A model generated the notes under the pieces. That model worked only from the letters and a program-made list of their open reading frames with translations, searched no databases and had not been told where the DNA came from. A stretch of 64,000 nucleotides of DNA from Octopus sinensis (lineage: Eukaryota): NCBI RefSeq assembly GCF_006345805.1, contig NC_043009.1, forward strand, positions 38,130,001 to 38,194,000, read 5' to 3'. Position numbers and translations under genes: made by a program. Each line of letters opens with the position of its first letter. The first letter of the stretch is position 1. Below are positions 1-12,061 of this stretch, piece by piece.

Positions 1-1716
1 AGTGGTATACTCTTTATAGGGCTTAAATCCCCCATCTTGAGCTGAAATATTTAAAATGACAACTGAACTTACTTCATAGTCTAACGGTGCCACTGTCACG
101 AGAAGACCCGTTCTGTTATTAATACTAAACCAATTAAATTTGTTGCCACCATTAATTTTGTAAGTTATCTGAGAGTTCAAGCCACAATCGGAATCTTTGG
201 CCGTTACAGCAGTAACAAAACTACCCACCGGTATCGTTTCACTGAGGACAGCAAAATATTTGGACGGATCGAATTTAGGCGGATGATCGTTAATATCGTT
301 AACATAAATCACAAGGTGAGCAGTAGAACTTAAAGGAGGGTCGCCCATGTCCACAGCCAGCAAAGTCAGGTTATAGACATGTACTTTCTCCCGGTCAAGA
401 CTCAAAACAACTACCAAAACACTGACCTTGTAACCGCGAATAAGTCTGAAGTGACCAAGTTGATTCCCATCAATAATTGACAAAGACACATTACCATTCA
501 TACCATCATCCAAATCGTTTACAGTAATTATAGTCACGTAGGTGCCATTTATTGCATTTTCGTTAACTGCAGAATAATCCTTCGATGAATCCGGCTGGTG
601 CTGAAATTCGATGACGGGAGCATGGTCATTTTGATCTATGATGTGTACATTTAAATAGGCCCTCCCAGTTAAGTGCTCTGGGCCATTATCAGTAGCTAGC
701 AGTATTAAAAAACACATTTTCTCTCCTGTGTTTTGCTGACAGTTTAATTTTCTTGTTGTGGTCACTACACCTGTATAACGGTCGATTTCAAACTGTCCGG
801 AGTCCTTATTATTTTCAATAGAGTAAGTTATAGCTTTGTTGTTACCCTGGTCAAGGTCCGACGCCTCTACTTGAATAACTGTTGTACCGGGTGGGGCAGT
901 TTCGTTCACATTAGCAGCATACACACTCATATGGAATGTAGGGTAGTTATCATTGATGTCTGCCACTGTAATATTCACTAAAAGAAACCCAACCATAGGG
1001 GGATTCCCGTGATCAATAGCAGAAATGTTCAACTGATAATATTCTTTTTCTTCCCGATTAAGTTTTACAGTATTTTGTATGTACAATATCCGAGGAATTT
1101 GTGGGTAGGGAGGTTCCTGAATAAGAGCAAATTTTCCTTCTTCATTACCCGAAATTATTGTATAATTAGTAATTAAACTATTTTTCCCTTCGTCTTTATC
1201 GGAAGCTAATGGTACCATGAGTTTGTTGTTGTCATCGGATTCTTCGGCAAAACGAATGGCATAACTATCTTTAGGGAAAGTTGGTGGGTTGTCGTTTTTG
1301 TCTCGGACAGTTATTTTCATTTCAATTGAATGTGACGGTGGTTGTGTGAGAACCACGATTATAACGGGTTTGTTCGAGTGCTTAAGACTTTCCCGGTCTA
1401 AAGGTTTGGCAGTGACAACAACTCCGGTATATTCATCCAGGGCAAAATTAACATGATCTGGCAGGGAAGTTCGACTACTGATATAAACCGTAGAACCTGC
1501 CTCAACGGTAATATTACCAACACGCGTACCCACGGGTACATTTTCATCTATGTAAAAATGGTAAGGCTCACCCGGTGTTGGATGACTAAAAGAACCAGGC
1601 CCCTGGCCTTGGGCAAAAGCGACTAGAAACTGGATGAAGGCGACAATAATTACACGGTATAAAGTTTTAGTCGGACATAAGTCCCTAGATGTCTTTAGGC
1701 CAAGTGAGATGGCCAT
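1..1716 (-). CDS. FAT4: Fat/FAT4-type giant atypical cadherin, N-terminal coding exon (572 codons visible, continues beyond window start)
   Basis: Hand translation gives an uninterrupted frame from ATG 1716 to base 1: MAISLGLKTSRDLCPTKTLYRVIIVAFIQFLVAFAQG (hydrophobic signal), then five cadherin repeats with DRE and DxNDNxPxF/DxNDHxP motifs (LDRES, DKNDNPPTF, LNREE, DINDNYPTF, DQNDHAPVI, LDREK, SSTAHLVIYVNDINDHPPKF, LDYE, ILNISAQDGG). Repeat-specific motifs match what I recall of Drosophila Fat and vertebrate FAT4 rather than clustered protocadherins. In-frame stops lie upstream of the ATG. Confidence 0.9.
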   Translation of the reverse strand, partial: MAISLGLKTSRDLCPTKTLYRVIIVAFIQFLVAFAQGQGPGSFSHPTPGEPYHFYIDENVPVGTRVGNITVEAGSTVYISSRTSLPDHVNFALDEYTGVVVTAKPLDRESLKHSNKPVIIVVLTQPPSHSIEMKITVRDKNDNPPTFPKDSYAIRFAEESDDNNKLMVPLASDKDEGKNSLITNYTIISGNEEGKFALIQEPPYPQIPRILYIQNTVKLNREEKEYYQLNISAIDHGNPPMVGFLLVNITVADINDNYPTFHMSVYAANVNETAPPGTTVIQVEASDLDQGNNKAITYSIENNKDSGQFEIDRYTGVVTTTRKLNCQQNTGEKMCFLILLATDNGPEHLTGRAYLNVHIIDQNDHAPVIEFQHQPDSSKDYSAVNENAINGTYVTIITVNDLDDGMNGNVSLSIIDGNQLGHFRLIRGYKVSVLVVVLSLDREKVHVYNLTLLAVDMGDPPLSSTAHLVIYVNDINDHPPKFDPSKYFAVLSETIPVGSFVTAVTAKDSDCGLNSQITYKINGGNKFNWFSINNRTGLLVTVAPLDYEVSSVVILNISAQDGGFKPYKEYTT

Positions 1717-3163
1717 ATTAACTCCTACCTCAATAAATTGTATAATAAAGCGGACAAGACAGGCATGTCTGTTTTGCTTTAATGCGTGCAGGTAACTAAC
1801 GTACACCTGACATGTTCCTTATTACAAGGGACCCTAATCAAATTGTGTAGCACACACATCTTTCATTTAAAGTTTTAAGAAAACATTATGTAGATATACA
1901 TGTGTGTATGTATGCATGTATGTATACATGTAAATAATCACAAACACAAATAAGGGGACAGTACCTTTAAAACGCTGGTGAAAGAAGACGTTATCAGAGA
2001 AAAGGTAAACCCATAACAATCCTCGTGGGTGTTCAGTAATGTAGTGCTCGGTCCCAGAGACAATGCACCCCTTAACCAAAATTAAATAATAATGATAATA
2101 ATAATAATAATAAATCCAATAGTTATTCCACAGAAAGAATTAATGTTCCGCTGAAATGGTCACAGTGCTGTGGTGTAAAACATTTCTTTTTCCACGTGTA
2201 TCTGAAGGATGTCATTGATGCTGAAGAAATCCAAGTAAATAAGAGGTAGCAAGGCGATAATGTGTAAACGTGTGTGAGTCCAAAAAGAAGTGAAGTTAAT
2301 GCCGAGCTAGCTGTGCCAGCACACTAAGTAATAATACACACACAAACACACATATATACACACACACTAGCTGTCTACAGCTGTAGTAGTTGGCAATACT
2401 ACTAGACACATGGGGATGTCGGAAGTTTTCTGTCTATATCAGTCGGTGATAGTCAGTCAGCCCGGTAAGACAGAGAAAGACAACGAGGCTTCTGTCGTCA
2501 GTGAGTGGACGTATTCAACTGGCCGTTTCTATTGGTTCAGTCCCTTGAAAGACCTCCTGCTGATGATAGATATATATATATACAAAGCCACGCTCGGTTT
2601 CACCCACTTCTCGATGATGGTGAGTGTGTGTGCATATATACATACATATATCTCTCTGTGTATATATATATATATGTATGTTTATATAATATGTGTGAGA
2701 ATTTATTTACGTTTGTGTGTGTAAATACTTATATATATAGATATGTAGTGTATAGATGTCGGTATATCTATATGCATATATAAATATATATATATATATA
2801 TATTTATATATGTATGTATAAGCGTGCGTGTGTGCATACACTTTATAGATAGAAATCTACAAAACACCTCGTGCTTTTCATTATATACTCCGTGTGTATA
2901 TCTAACTTCTGTACATGTTTAAAACGCACACACATCCACTCACAAGACATCAATGCACCTTGCTTTTAATTGCTCAGCTCACAAAATAGTATCATTATTA
3001 TTATTATTATTACTGCACATTTCCATACTTTTTTCTCTCATTCTTATTTCATTTTTAAAGAAGACACACAAAAGACAAACGAGAAGCGACGGTCAAGAGC
3101 GACTTTGCCTTTCTGATGGTTTGGTTTATTATACTTGCTAACGTCTACTGCCTGCATGTCAGA

Positions 3164-3194
3164 GTGGGCGGAGCTTACACCCCAGCTCCGCCAC
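3164..3194. promoter_or_regulatory. Inverted pair of GC-box (Sp/KLF-like) motifs; candidate Fat proximal promoter element
   Basis: GGCGGAGCT (3167-3175) and its exact reverse complement AGCTCCGCC (3184-3192) around an 8-nt spacer, in very AT-rich DNA 1.45 kb upstream of the ATG. Function is inferred only. Confidence 0.35.
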
Positions 3195-3526
3195 CCGAAA
3201 GAATGATTGACACAACACATTCACTTCAATTGACACAACAATACAGTTCGTCTCTCACAGCTTCAGTTATATACTACTTTCAAGTGCCCCATTCCAGTGA
3301 AATGTTTTAGTTTTTTGTTTTTCCTTCTTTTAGTTCATTATATATATATATAGAGAGAGAGGCAGATAGATTGGCATGTGTGTGCTTCATTAGCAAGAAT
3401 GATAATTTTTTAATGTGATATTGTTAGGAAACCTTTATCAATTAAGACAAATTGGATTGGATTATACAATTAATATTTCGGATTTCTTTCTTCTGATTAA
3501 TCCGTCCAAGTGAACCACACACACAG

Positions 3527-3571
<45 letters not shown>

Positions 3572-3574
<3 letters not shown>

Positions 3575-3779
3575 TCTAACCACACAGATATTATATATAT
3601 ATATAATATATATACTCTAACACACAAGAGATATATATATATAATATACATACTCTAACACACACAGATATATATATATATATATAATATATACATACTC
3701 TAACACACACAGATATATTATATATATAATATATAATATATATATATATATATATATTACTCTAACACACACAGATATA

Positions 3780-3826
<47 letters not shown>

Positions 3827-3848
3827 TCTAACACACACAGATTATATA

Positions 3849-3887
<39 letters not shown>

Positions 3888-3902
3888 TATATATACTCTA
3901 AC
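3572..3902. repeat. Compound minisatellite: TACTCTAAC(ACACACAGA) units separated by variable (TA)n
   Basis: Seven TACTCTAAC cores at about 3572, 3613, 3651, 3696, 3758, 3824 and 3894. Confidence 0.85.
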
Positions 3903-5809
3903 AAGGAGAGCTGGCTATTATATGTATATATATAAACAAAGCAAAACTATTTCTATATATATAAAATACGAAAGAAAAAAATGCATTATCAAATTTTATT
4001 GAAGTCAGGTAAAAAAATAAATATTTCATTTGTATTATATATTTTTGTCATTTAATTGTTAATCAAGGTAGCGCTTATATTTTGTGTACCCAGTGCAGTT
4101 GGAGTTCTAAGTAAGTTTAAACTTATTAATTTAGCGATGGGCAAGAGTTTCAATCAAGATATTTAACTGTAAACATTACTGCAGACCGGTTCCTCGTTCA
4201 ATTTGGTCGTTGGTGCATTGAAAAGACAGTATTTTTCGTCCGTGTTCTTCTTATTTTTTCTTTTCACTGTATCATTAATATCATTTTTTGAGAAGTAAGA
4301 TGTTGGAATTAGAAATAAAATATAAGCCACTACACAAACATGCAAGTAAAACTAGATTGCAACGTAATTCTGTGGTGTTTTTAGGAGTAAATAATATAAA
4401 TACTTAAGAGAAAGCATGTAAGGTAGAAAGCTTAGGAAACGGGAGAAAGAATCAAGTTGGATAGAAAGAATGAAGAAAATAGCAGAGAAAGTAGGCGAAC
4501 GAATGGAGATGAAGATAGCGAGTGAGTGAGCTGGGGACGGTGAAATGAGAGATGTCGACGGATTAAGTGAGAATGAGAGAGAAGGAAAGGATTTCAGAGG
4601 AGGATTAAAAGAAGGTGAAAAATAGAAGTGAGTGATGTGAAAGCCAGAAAGAGAGAAGAAATGTTAACAAGTGATCATGTAACCATTGTAGGCGCGAAAC
4701 CGGAGCAACGCGTTTGCCAACTTTAATTATCTGGACATGACACTTTCCTTTGAAGTTTTGATTAATAAATTCTCAGGTATTGCTTATCTTATTATTGTCT
4801 GTTTTTATTTTTTGTTTTCTTTCCTCCGCGGTTAAGATATTCGATTTGAAGTAATGGTTTATCAGAGAAACAAAACAAAGATTTATTTGTTCGGATGGCA
4901 TTCTTGAAAAAGAAAAAAAAAATCTATCTTATCCAGTGTGAAAAAAATATCTATATAGAATGAATTACTTTAAATTCTGACAGTGAAAATGATAATTGTC
5001 ACTTCCTGTAAGAAACTATATACTATATTAAAAGAACGTTCGGTCCACAAAATAACTAGTTTGCGGTTTAAACATATTTGAAACATGCGGTGAAAACAAA
5101 CTGAACAGACCTAGGGGTTCTCTTCACATTTTTTTTTTTTTCAGTGTGTATGTGATAAACTTTTTTCCTCTAAATTTAAAAACAGTCTTTAAACAAAAAA
5201 AAACTGCTCTCTTTTCCTTTCCAGTTTGAGTTTTCTATTCAAATAATTGCAGAGAGCTCAATAAATCTGTCGGAGAAGCCAGAGTTAACATTAAAATATA
5301 TTCACAGCACGATATTTTCCTGTCATTGTTCTTGTTGTTTGTTTATTCATGCCTTCTTCCTACCACAACAACCCGCTTCGAAAATACAAGAAAAAAAAAT
5401 ATTTTCCCTCGCTTCCGGAGACAAACGACTCAAAGTAAATTTGGTGTAGTATGTTTCCACTTTAACGCTAGGAAACTATCTTACTATATCGATGCTGCAT
5501 CACTGACTGCTCCCCCCTCTCTGTCTCTCTTTCTCTATCTCTCTCTCTCATTCTCACCTTCTCTATCTCTCCTTTCTTCTTTCTCTCTCCACCGCTCAAT
5601 GTCTACCTGTCTCTATCGTTCCTCCCTCTCTCTCTCTCTCTCTCTCTCTTCCCTTCTGTACTACTGCTTTTAACGGGGAGCTTTTTCTCTCTAATATTCT
5701 CTTACTCGTTTTTTGATACATTCCTCTCTGCAGGTAAATCTTCTTGGATACACTCAGCAAACACCACACACAAACACACACACACACACACTGCAAACGT
5801 ATATGCACA

Positions 5810-6015
5810 CACGCACTTGAACTTCATACATACACACTCGCGCACATACAACACACATACACGCGCACATAAACTTCATATACACACTCATGCGCACACA
5901 CGCAGAAACTTCACATATATACACACTCGTGCGCACACACGTACAGACTTCACTTATACACACTCGTGCGCACACACGCACAAACTTCACATATATACAT
6001 TCGTGCGCACACACA
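5810..6015. repeat. Degenerate ~40-bp CA-rich minisatellite (about 5 copies)
   Basis: Recurring ACTTCA(C/T)ATATACACACTCGTGCGCAC units. Confidence 0.7.
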
Positions 6016-6264
6016 GCACATATTCACGCTCAGACACGCCTAACCGGGATATACTAGCATACTTACACACCTCACATATACACGCACACACGTAACATAT
6101 ATAGGTGCGCGCACACACAGACATCTAACATATACACCTTCCCACAAACAACAAACCTCATTCGTATCACACTCCAACAATACTCATATAAACACACACA
6201 CACACTACCAAGTCATACCATACATACATACATACATACATACATATACACATACATACATACA

Positions 6265-6297
<33 letters not shown>

Positions 6298-6405
6298 CTG
6301 TGTGTGTGTATGCCACTTTTCGCTTTGACTCTCAGACCGGATATCATATGCAGTGTATATATATATATATAGAGAAGAGTGGTGTGTGTATATATAATAT
6401 ATATA

Positions 6406-6457
<52 letters not shown>

Positions 6458-6557
6458 NNNNNNNNNNNNNNNNNNNNNNNNNNNNNNNNNNNNNNNNNNN
6501 NNNNNNNNNNNNNNNNNNNNNNNNNNNNNNNNNNNNNNNNNNNNNNNNNNNNNNNNN
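6458..6557. other. Assembly gap (100 N)
   Basis: Run of exactly 100 N, which suggests a gap of unknown size. Confidence 1.
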
Positions 6558-6655
6558 AATTTCATAGTTTTAGGTCTATGCAACAAAAATTTGTATAAAG
6601 TTGTGAGGTAAAATATTATGAAAAAATATATAACTAAGGCAAAAAATTGGGTTAC

Positions 6656-6838
6656 AATATGTGGGGCGCAGTTGAGAAACATACCAACCATGCTGCCTGC
6701 AACATCAAGGCCGATCTGGTGGCCGACATCAAAGAGGTGTGCGATGATCTTCCCAGGGATACAGCGAGGAACGCATTGCGTCAGAATACGGAGTCGCCTT
6801 GAGATTGTGGAGGAAATGCGGGTGGCTACTTTGAGTAA
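6656..6838 (+). mobile_element. Tc1/mariner (DD37D/maT-like) transposase C-terminal remnant
   Basis: Translates, with frameshifts, as WGAVEKHTNHAACNIKADLVADIKEVCDDLPRDTARNA-C-VRIRSRLEIVEE-AGGYFE*. Homologous to the fossil at 30581-31120. Confidence 0.75.
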
Positions 6839-7140
6839 ACAGTTATCTCCCAGCCATAATCTAGTTGATATTATTTAATTTTGTAAATTACCTTTCTTTT
6901 TGGATGTATTATGTGTTTTGTTTTCCTTTTATGCAAACTGTCAAATTTATCCTGCCCCGCCCCTCCCCCCACTCGCACACACACACACACATACACACAC
7001 GTTCGTTTAAAATCATATTCAACATGTTCAAACGTTCAAGTGCATTCGGAAGAGAGGGAACCCTGCTCAGCGGAGAAAATTTTCCTTATAAACGTACGTG
7101 AAAACACAAGATGGCTGTGCATGAAGCCATATATATATAT

Positions 7141-7541
7141 ATCTTGTCCTGTCTTTTACTGTTTATATTTTGTACTGTCGTTACTGTCCTGGTTTTGTTA
7201 CCATTTTTACCCCTCCGCAAAAAGATCTCAAATTTTATTTAATTTGCTTTTCGCGGGGAGGAAAGTTTCTATCGAAGATGCGTATCGCCTTCACCTTCAA
7301 AACGCAGAGTAGATGAACCATGGCGACTGAAGAAGGAATTTTCCTTGTGTTATTTGTCCTGTACTCTATTTTTTCGTTGTTTAAGAAAAATGTCCAGTTC
7401 CTTGGTTTTGTGTTTATGTTTTCGTTTCTCATTGTGTTCGACGTTTTTTTGGTGTCCTGTACCCATATATGCGTGTATATATACATGTAGAGGTAGAGTA
7501 CGTACATAATGTATGATATATGCATATGTTTTATTTATTAA

Positions 7542-7545
<4 letters not shown>
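7141..7545 (+). repeat. Interspersed repeat, second copy at ~29250-29400 plus ~30120-30190
   Basis: Shared CTGA(A/T)GAAGG(G)AA..TTCCTTG..TTGTACTCT.TTTTTTCGTTGTT..TTTATGTTTTCGTTTCTC..GGTGTCCTGTAC block. Class uncertain, possibly Penelope-derived. Confidence 0.6.
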
Positions 7546-7581
<36 letters not shown>

Positions 7582-7918
7582 CATACATACAAACATATAC
7601 ACATACACACACACACACACACCACACACACACACACACGTACACACACACATGTCAATTCGAGGATGACAAGTCCTCATTAGGGATTAAATAATCCAAA
7701 AGTTTCACTGGTTAATTATGGAATATAATTAATTTATTTGTATGATATTATGAGGTTAGAAGTTTTTTTTAATAAAAGAACAATAAAAATAAATTATAAA
7801 ATATAAAGCTAAAAAAAAACAGAAATAGCAGATGCCAAAAAAACCTATGTATATGTTTCGATTACCCTAAGTAATTCGTAATTCTAGGCATTTGGGTAGG
7901 GTCAAATTTTAAGAATTT

Positions 7919-8345
7919 ATTCTTTTATTCTTTTACGTGTTTCAGTCATTTGACAGTGGCCACGCTGGAGCACCGCCTTTAGTCGAGCAAATCGACCCCA
8001 GGACTTATTTTTTGTAAGCCTAGTACTGATTCTATTGGTTTCTTTTGCCGAACCGCTAAGTTACAGGGACATAAACACACCAGCATCAGTTGTCAAGTGA
8101 TGTTGGGGGCCAAACACAGACACACAAACATATATACACACATACATACATACATACATAATATATATATATATATATATATGACGGGCTTCTTTCAGTT
8201 TCCGTCTACAAAATCCACTCACAAGGCATTGGTCGGCCCGAGGCTATAGTAGAAGACACTTACCCAAGATGCCATTCAATGGGACTGAACCCGTAACCAT
8301 GTGGTTTGTAAGCAAGCTACTTACCACACACCCACTCCTACGCCT
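7919..8345 (-). mobile_element. tRNA-derived SINE family C (head AGGCGTAGGAGTGGCTGTGTGGTAAG), full length
   Basis: A/B-box tRNA-like head, CCTTGGGCAAGTGTCTTCTACTATAG core, internal (TA)/(TG) microsatellite, 3' GGCGGTGCTCCAGCATGGCC-CAGTCAAATGACTGAAAC and (GTAAAAGA)n-like tail. Confidence 0.85.
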
Positions 8346-8571
8346 CACTATTTTCAACTATGTGGGGAAGAATCTCATCAGGGGTGAGCTTACACAACAA
8401 AGGTTAACATATTTCTTGAAGGGATGCAGACAAAGTGTGTGTTTGTGTGGGTGTACTATTCATGCAAATTCCTCTGACGTGCGCCGTTTCAGGTTATCAC
8501 TCAATTCCTATGCGAAACTTATCTGTAAAGTCGGTTGAAATAAATCTGCAATAACGTATAGAATGAATAAC

Positions 8572-8611
<40 letters not shown>

Positions 8612-9274
8612 ATATATATATATAAATATATATTATATATATATATATGTATATATATGTGTATATATATATACACGTTCCTCTTTGGTATAGAAGAAAC
8701 TATGTATGTAATGCGTATATTGATTGGTTTACATAAGCTTCAGTTTATCAATAGACGGAATAATTTTCCATGGATAAAATTTTTCAAAAAATTCTTATAG
8801 AATCAATAACTTGGAAAAATGACTGTCTTCAGATATGGCTTCTTTTAGTATTGGGATGGATATTCGTCGACTTATACATACATAATACATACATATATGC
8901 ATACGTACATATATACATACATGTATGCATACGTACATATATACATACATACGTGCATACGTACATATATATATATACATGTATGCATATGTACATATAT
9001 ACATACATGTATGCGTATGTACATATATACATACATATGTGCATACGTACATATATACATATATGTATGCATACGTACATATATACATACATATACACAT
9101 GCATACATCGTGATCATCATCATCGTCGCCATCGCCATCCTCCTCTTCCCCCCTTCCTCCTCCTCGCCCTCCTCCTCCGCCCCATCCTCCACTCCCTCAT
9201 TTTCATAACCTCCACTGAACATCCATTTCCATGTTGACATGGGTTGGACAGACATTACATACATACATAATACA

Positions 9275-9355
<81 letters not shown>

Positions 9356-9429
9356 GTGCTTACACAACTCATATATATATATGTATATGATATGATATAT
9401 ATAGATGTACATATATATGTGTGTGTTTG

Positions 9430-9471
<42 letters not shown>

Positions 9472-11021
9472 CATCTATATATACATATATGTATATATAC
9501 ACATATGTATCCATATGTACATGCACACTCATATATAAATGTAGATCTTTATTTATGTAAATATATATGCAAGTATGTACATACATATTTATATATATGT
9601 GTGTGTGTGCGGGTGTCTGTGTGTATGTGTTTTAAATTGAGGTTATTATTTTGAAGCTAGTTTAAGAATAACAACGGAATGCCAACTAATTGGGTTACTC
9701 AATACAAGCGCAGCATCAAATCTATAGTAGAGTTCATGTAGATTGGAATAAATTGGTATATACTTACACACACACACACACACCACACAGACATGCACAC
9801 ACACATATATGTATACACACACACACACTGATATGCACACTTATATATGTATATATACACACACACATATATACATATACATGCATACGCACATAACGAT
9901 CCTACAGGCTTATATACATGTATATAATGTATTATCTTCACACGCAGAATATCTATCGTGAAATAATGTCAGTATGCCAATTTAAAGCTCAATATAATAT
10001 AATTTTTTTAAAGTCATTTACCATAACACAATTATCAAAGAAATAATATATTCCAATTGATTCTCAAATTATACATTGAACAAATCTTCAAAAGAATCCC
10101 ATATAATCTATATTCTCTGTAATGTTTGGCTAAGCAACATTTCTTTGAAGCTAATTCGACTACAACTTACGTTATTCAAATTTTGCTGTACTTACATACT
10201 AGCTTGCGACCTAGGTCACTGCTGAATTGGGTGCTGTATATCTGTGGTATTTGGATACCACAACAGTTGTAAGATGTTCTGGTAGATTCGAACGTAAATG
10301 TGCTAATCGCTGTTGTAGTTTGCCACTAGAGAACAACTTTAGGCAAGGTGTGTACAGAGCTCGTTCTGTTTATTGAGATTAAAGAACTTTGAAACGTCCT
10401 GTACGGACAGAACCGTGAAAAATCAGAAGAACTACCTTCATGTTCACTCTAAATTAATTCGTTGTGGTAGATTCGCTGTTGTATTTCGTCTGCGGAGAGT
10501 AATTTCCCCTTTCAGGCAATGTGTTTTCACAACACACCCAATTCCTTGATGTAAGGGAATTTTGAGACACCGCGGCGTTTCGTTTCGGTTTGCTCGGATT
10601 TCTTTAGTGAAAAACTAACACTGAATCAATGAAACTAAAAAAGAATTGAGGCTTTTGTTTATAGAAATCAGTTAACGAGTTATTTCTTGGAACGTGCCAA
10701 TATATCTGTCAAGCCTACAATAAATCGTCATGTGCAAAGTGAACAGCGGAAAACAAAACCATGATTTTTTAATATGTTCTGGCATGTCCGAACTTGAGTA
10801 TGCTAATCGATGTTGTAGTTTGTCTATGAAGAACAACTTTCCCTTTTAGGCAATGTGTGTTCAAAACTCACTCAATTCATTGAGGTAAAAAAAACTTTGG
10901 GCAGTACCATGGTGTTTCGACCTGATTGTGTCTCTTCAACCAGAAAACACATAATTGAAAGGAAAAGTTCTTCTCCAAAGACGGTATGCAACAGTGACTT
11001 GCATATTCATGCTATACGTAT

Positions 11022-11253
11022 ACTCATTTACTCTTTTACTTGTTTCAGTCATTTGACCGCGGCCATGCTGGAGCACCGCCTTTTAGTTGAGCGAATCGAT
11101 GCCAGGACTTATTTTTTGTAAGCCTAGTACTTATTCTATCGGTCTCTTGTGCCGAACCGCTAAGTTACGGGGACGTAAACACACCAACATCGGTGGTCAC
11201 GCGATGTTGGGAGGACAAATACAGACACACAAACACACACATACACACATACT

Positions 11254-11284
<31 letters not shown>

Positions 11285-11352
11285 ATACACACACATATAT
11301 ATATACGACAGGTTTCTTTCAGTTTTCGCCTACCAAATCCACTCACAAGTTC
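11022..11352 (-). mobile_element. SINE family C, head missing
   Basis: 3' hairpin block at 11042-11080 and body as in 7919-8345. It runs directly into the tandem array. Confidence 0.85.
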
Positions 11353-11974
11353 TGGGACTCGAGGCAGAAATATCAAGGCTTGATGATGATGATAATGATG
11401 ATGATGATATATACCCCTGTAGCTCCTGTTGACTCTAGTTCCCATATTATATATTTTTTTATCACTCCTCACCCACACACCGTATACATATATACGACGG
11501 GCTTCTTTCAGTTTTCGCCTACCAAATCCACTCACAAGTTCTGGGACTCGAGGCAAAAATATCAAGGTTTGATGATGATAATGATGATGATGATGATGAT
11601 GATGATGATATATACCCCTGTAGCTCCTGTTGACTCTAGTTCTCATATTATATATTTTTTATCACTCCTCACCCACACTCACATATAAATATATACGACG
11701 GGCTTCTTTCAGTTTTCGCCTACCAAATCCACTCACAAGTTCTGGGACTCGAGGCAAAAATATCAAGGTTTGATGATGATGATAATGATGATGATGATGA
11801 TGATATATACCCCTGTAGCTCCTGTTGACTCTTGTTCCCATATTATGTATTTTTTATCACTCCTCACCCACACACATATAGATATATACGACGGGCTTCT
11901 TTCAGTTTTCGCCTACCAAATCCACTCACAAGTTCTGGGACTCGAGGCAAAAATATCAAGGTTTGATGATGATA

Positions 11975-12009
<35 letters not shown>

Positions 12010-12061
12010 ATACCCCTCTAGTTCCCATATTATATATATTTTTTTTATCACTCCTCACCCA
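11304..12061. repeat. Tandem array, 4 x ~190-200 bp, built from a SINE-C internal segment, unique sequence and (TGA)n
   Basis: Units start at TACGAC 11304, 11493, 11694 and 11887 (periods 189, 201, 193). Length differences come mainly from the (TGA)n and CA/TA tracts. Confidence 0.95.

Noticed and set aside
1-1716. Member of the expanded cephalopod protocadherin clusters
   Set aside because: Repeat-specific motifs (EC3 Cys loop, VIYVNDINDHPP, ILNISAQDGG) fit Fat/FAT4, and no tandem paralogue lies within 62 kb.
3572-3902. CRISPR-like look (constant motif, variable spacers)
   Set aside because: Spacers are only (TA)n of varying length, the DNA is eukaryotic, and there are no cas genes.
7322-7350. 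Hammerhead at CTGAAGA-AGGAATTTTCCT (and CTGATGA-AGGG at ~29268)
   Set aside because: The hairpin is followed by TGTG/GTAT rather than GAAA, and I could not build stems I and III in any topology.
11304-12061. Repeat-spacer array or His/Asp-rich protein gene
   Set aside because: Whole units are near-identical with no unique spacers; the poly-H/D/M runs come from (TGA)n.
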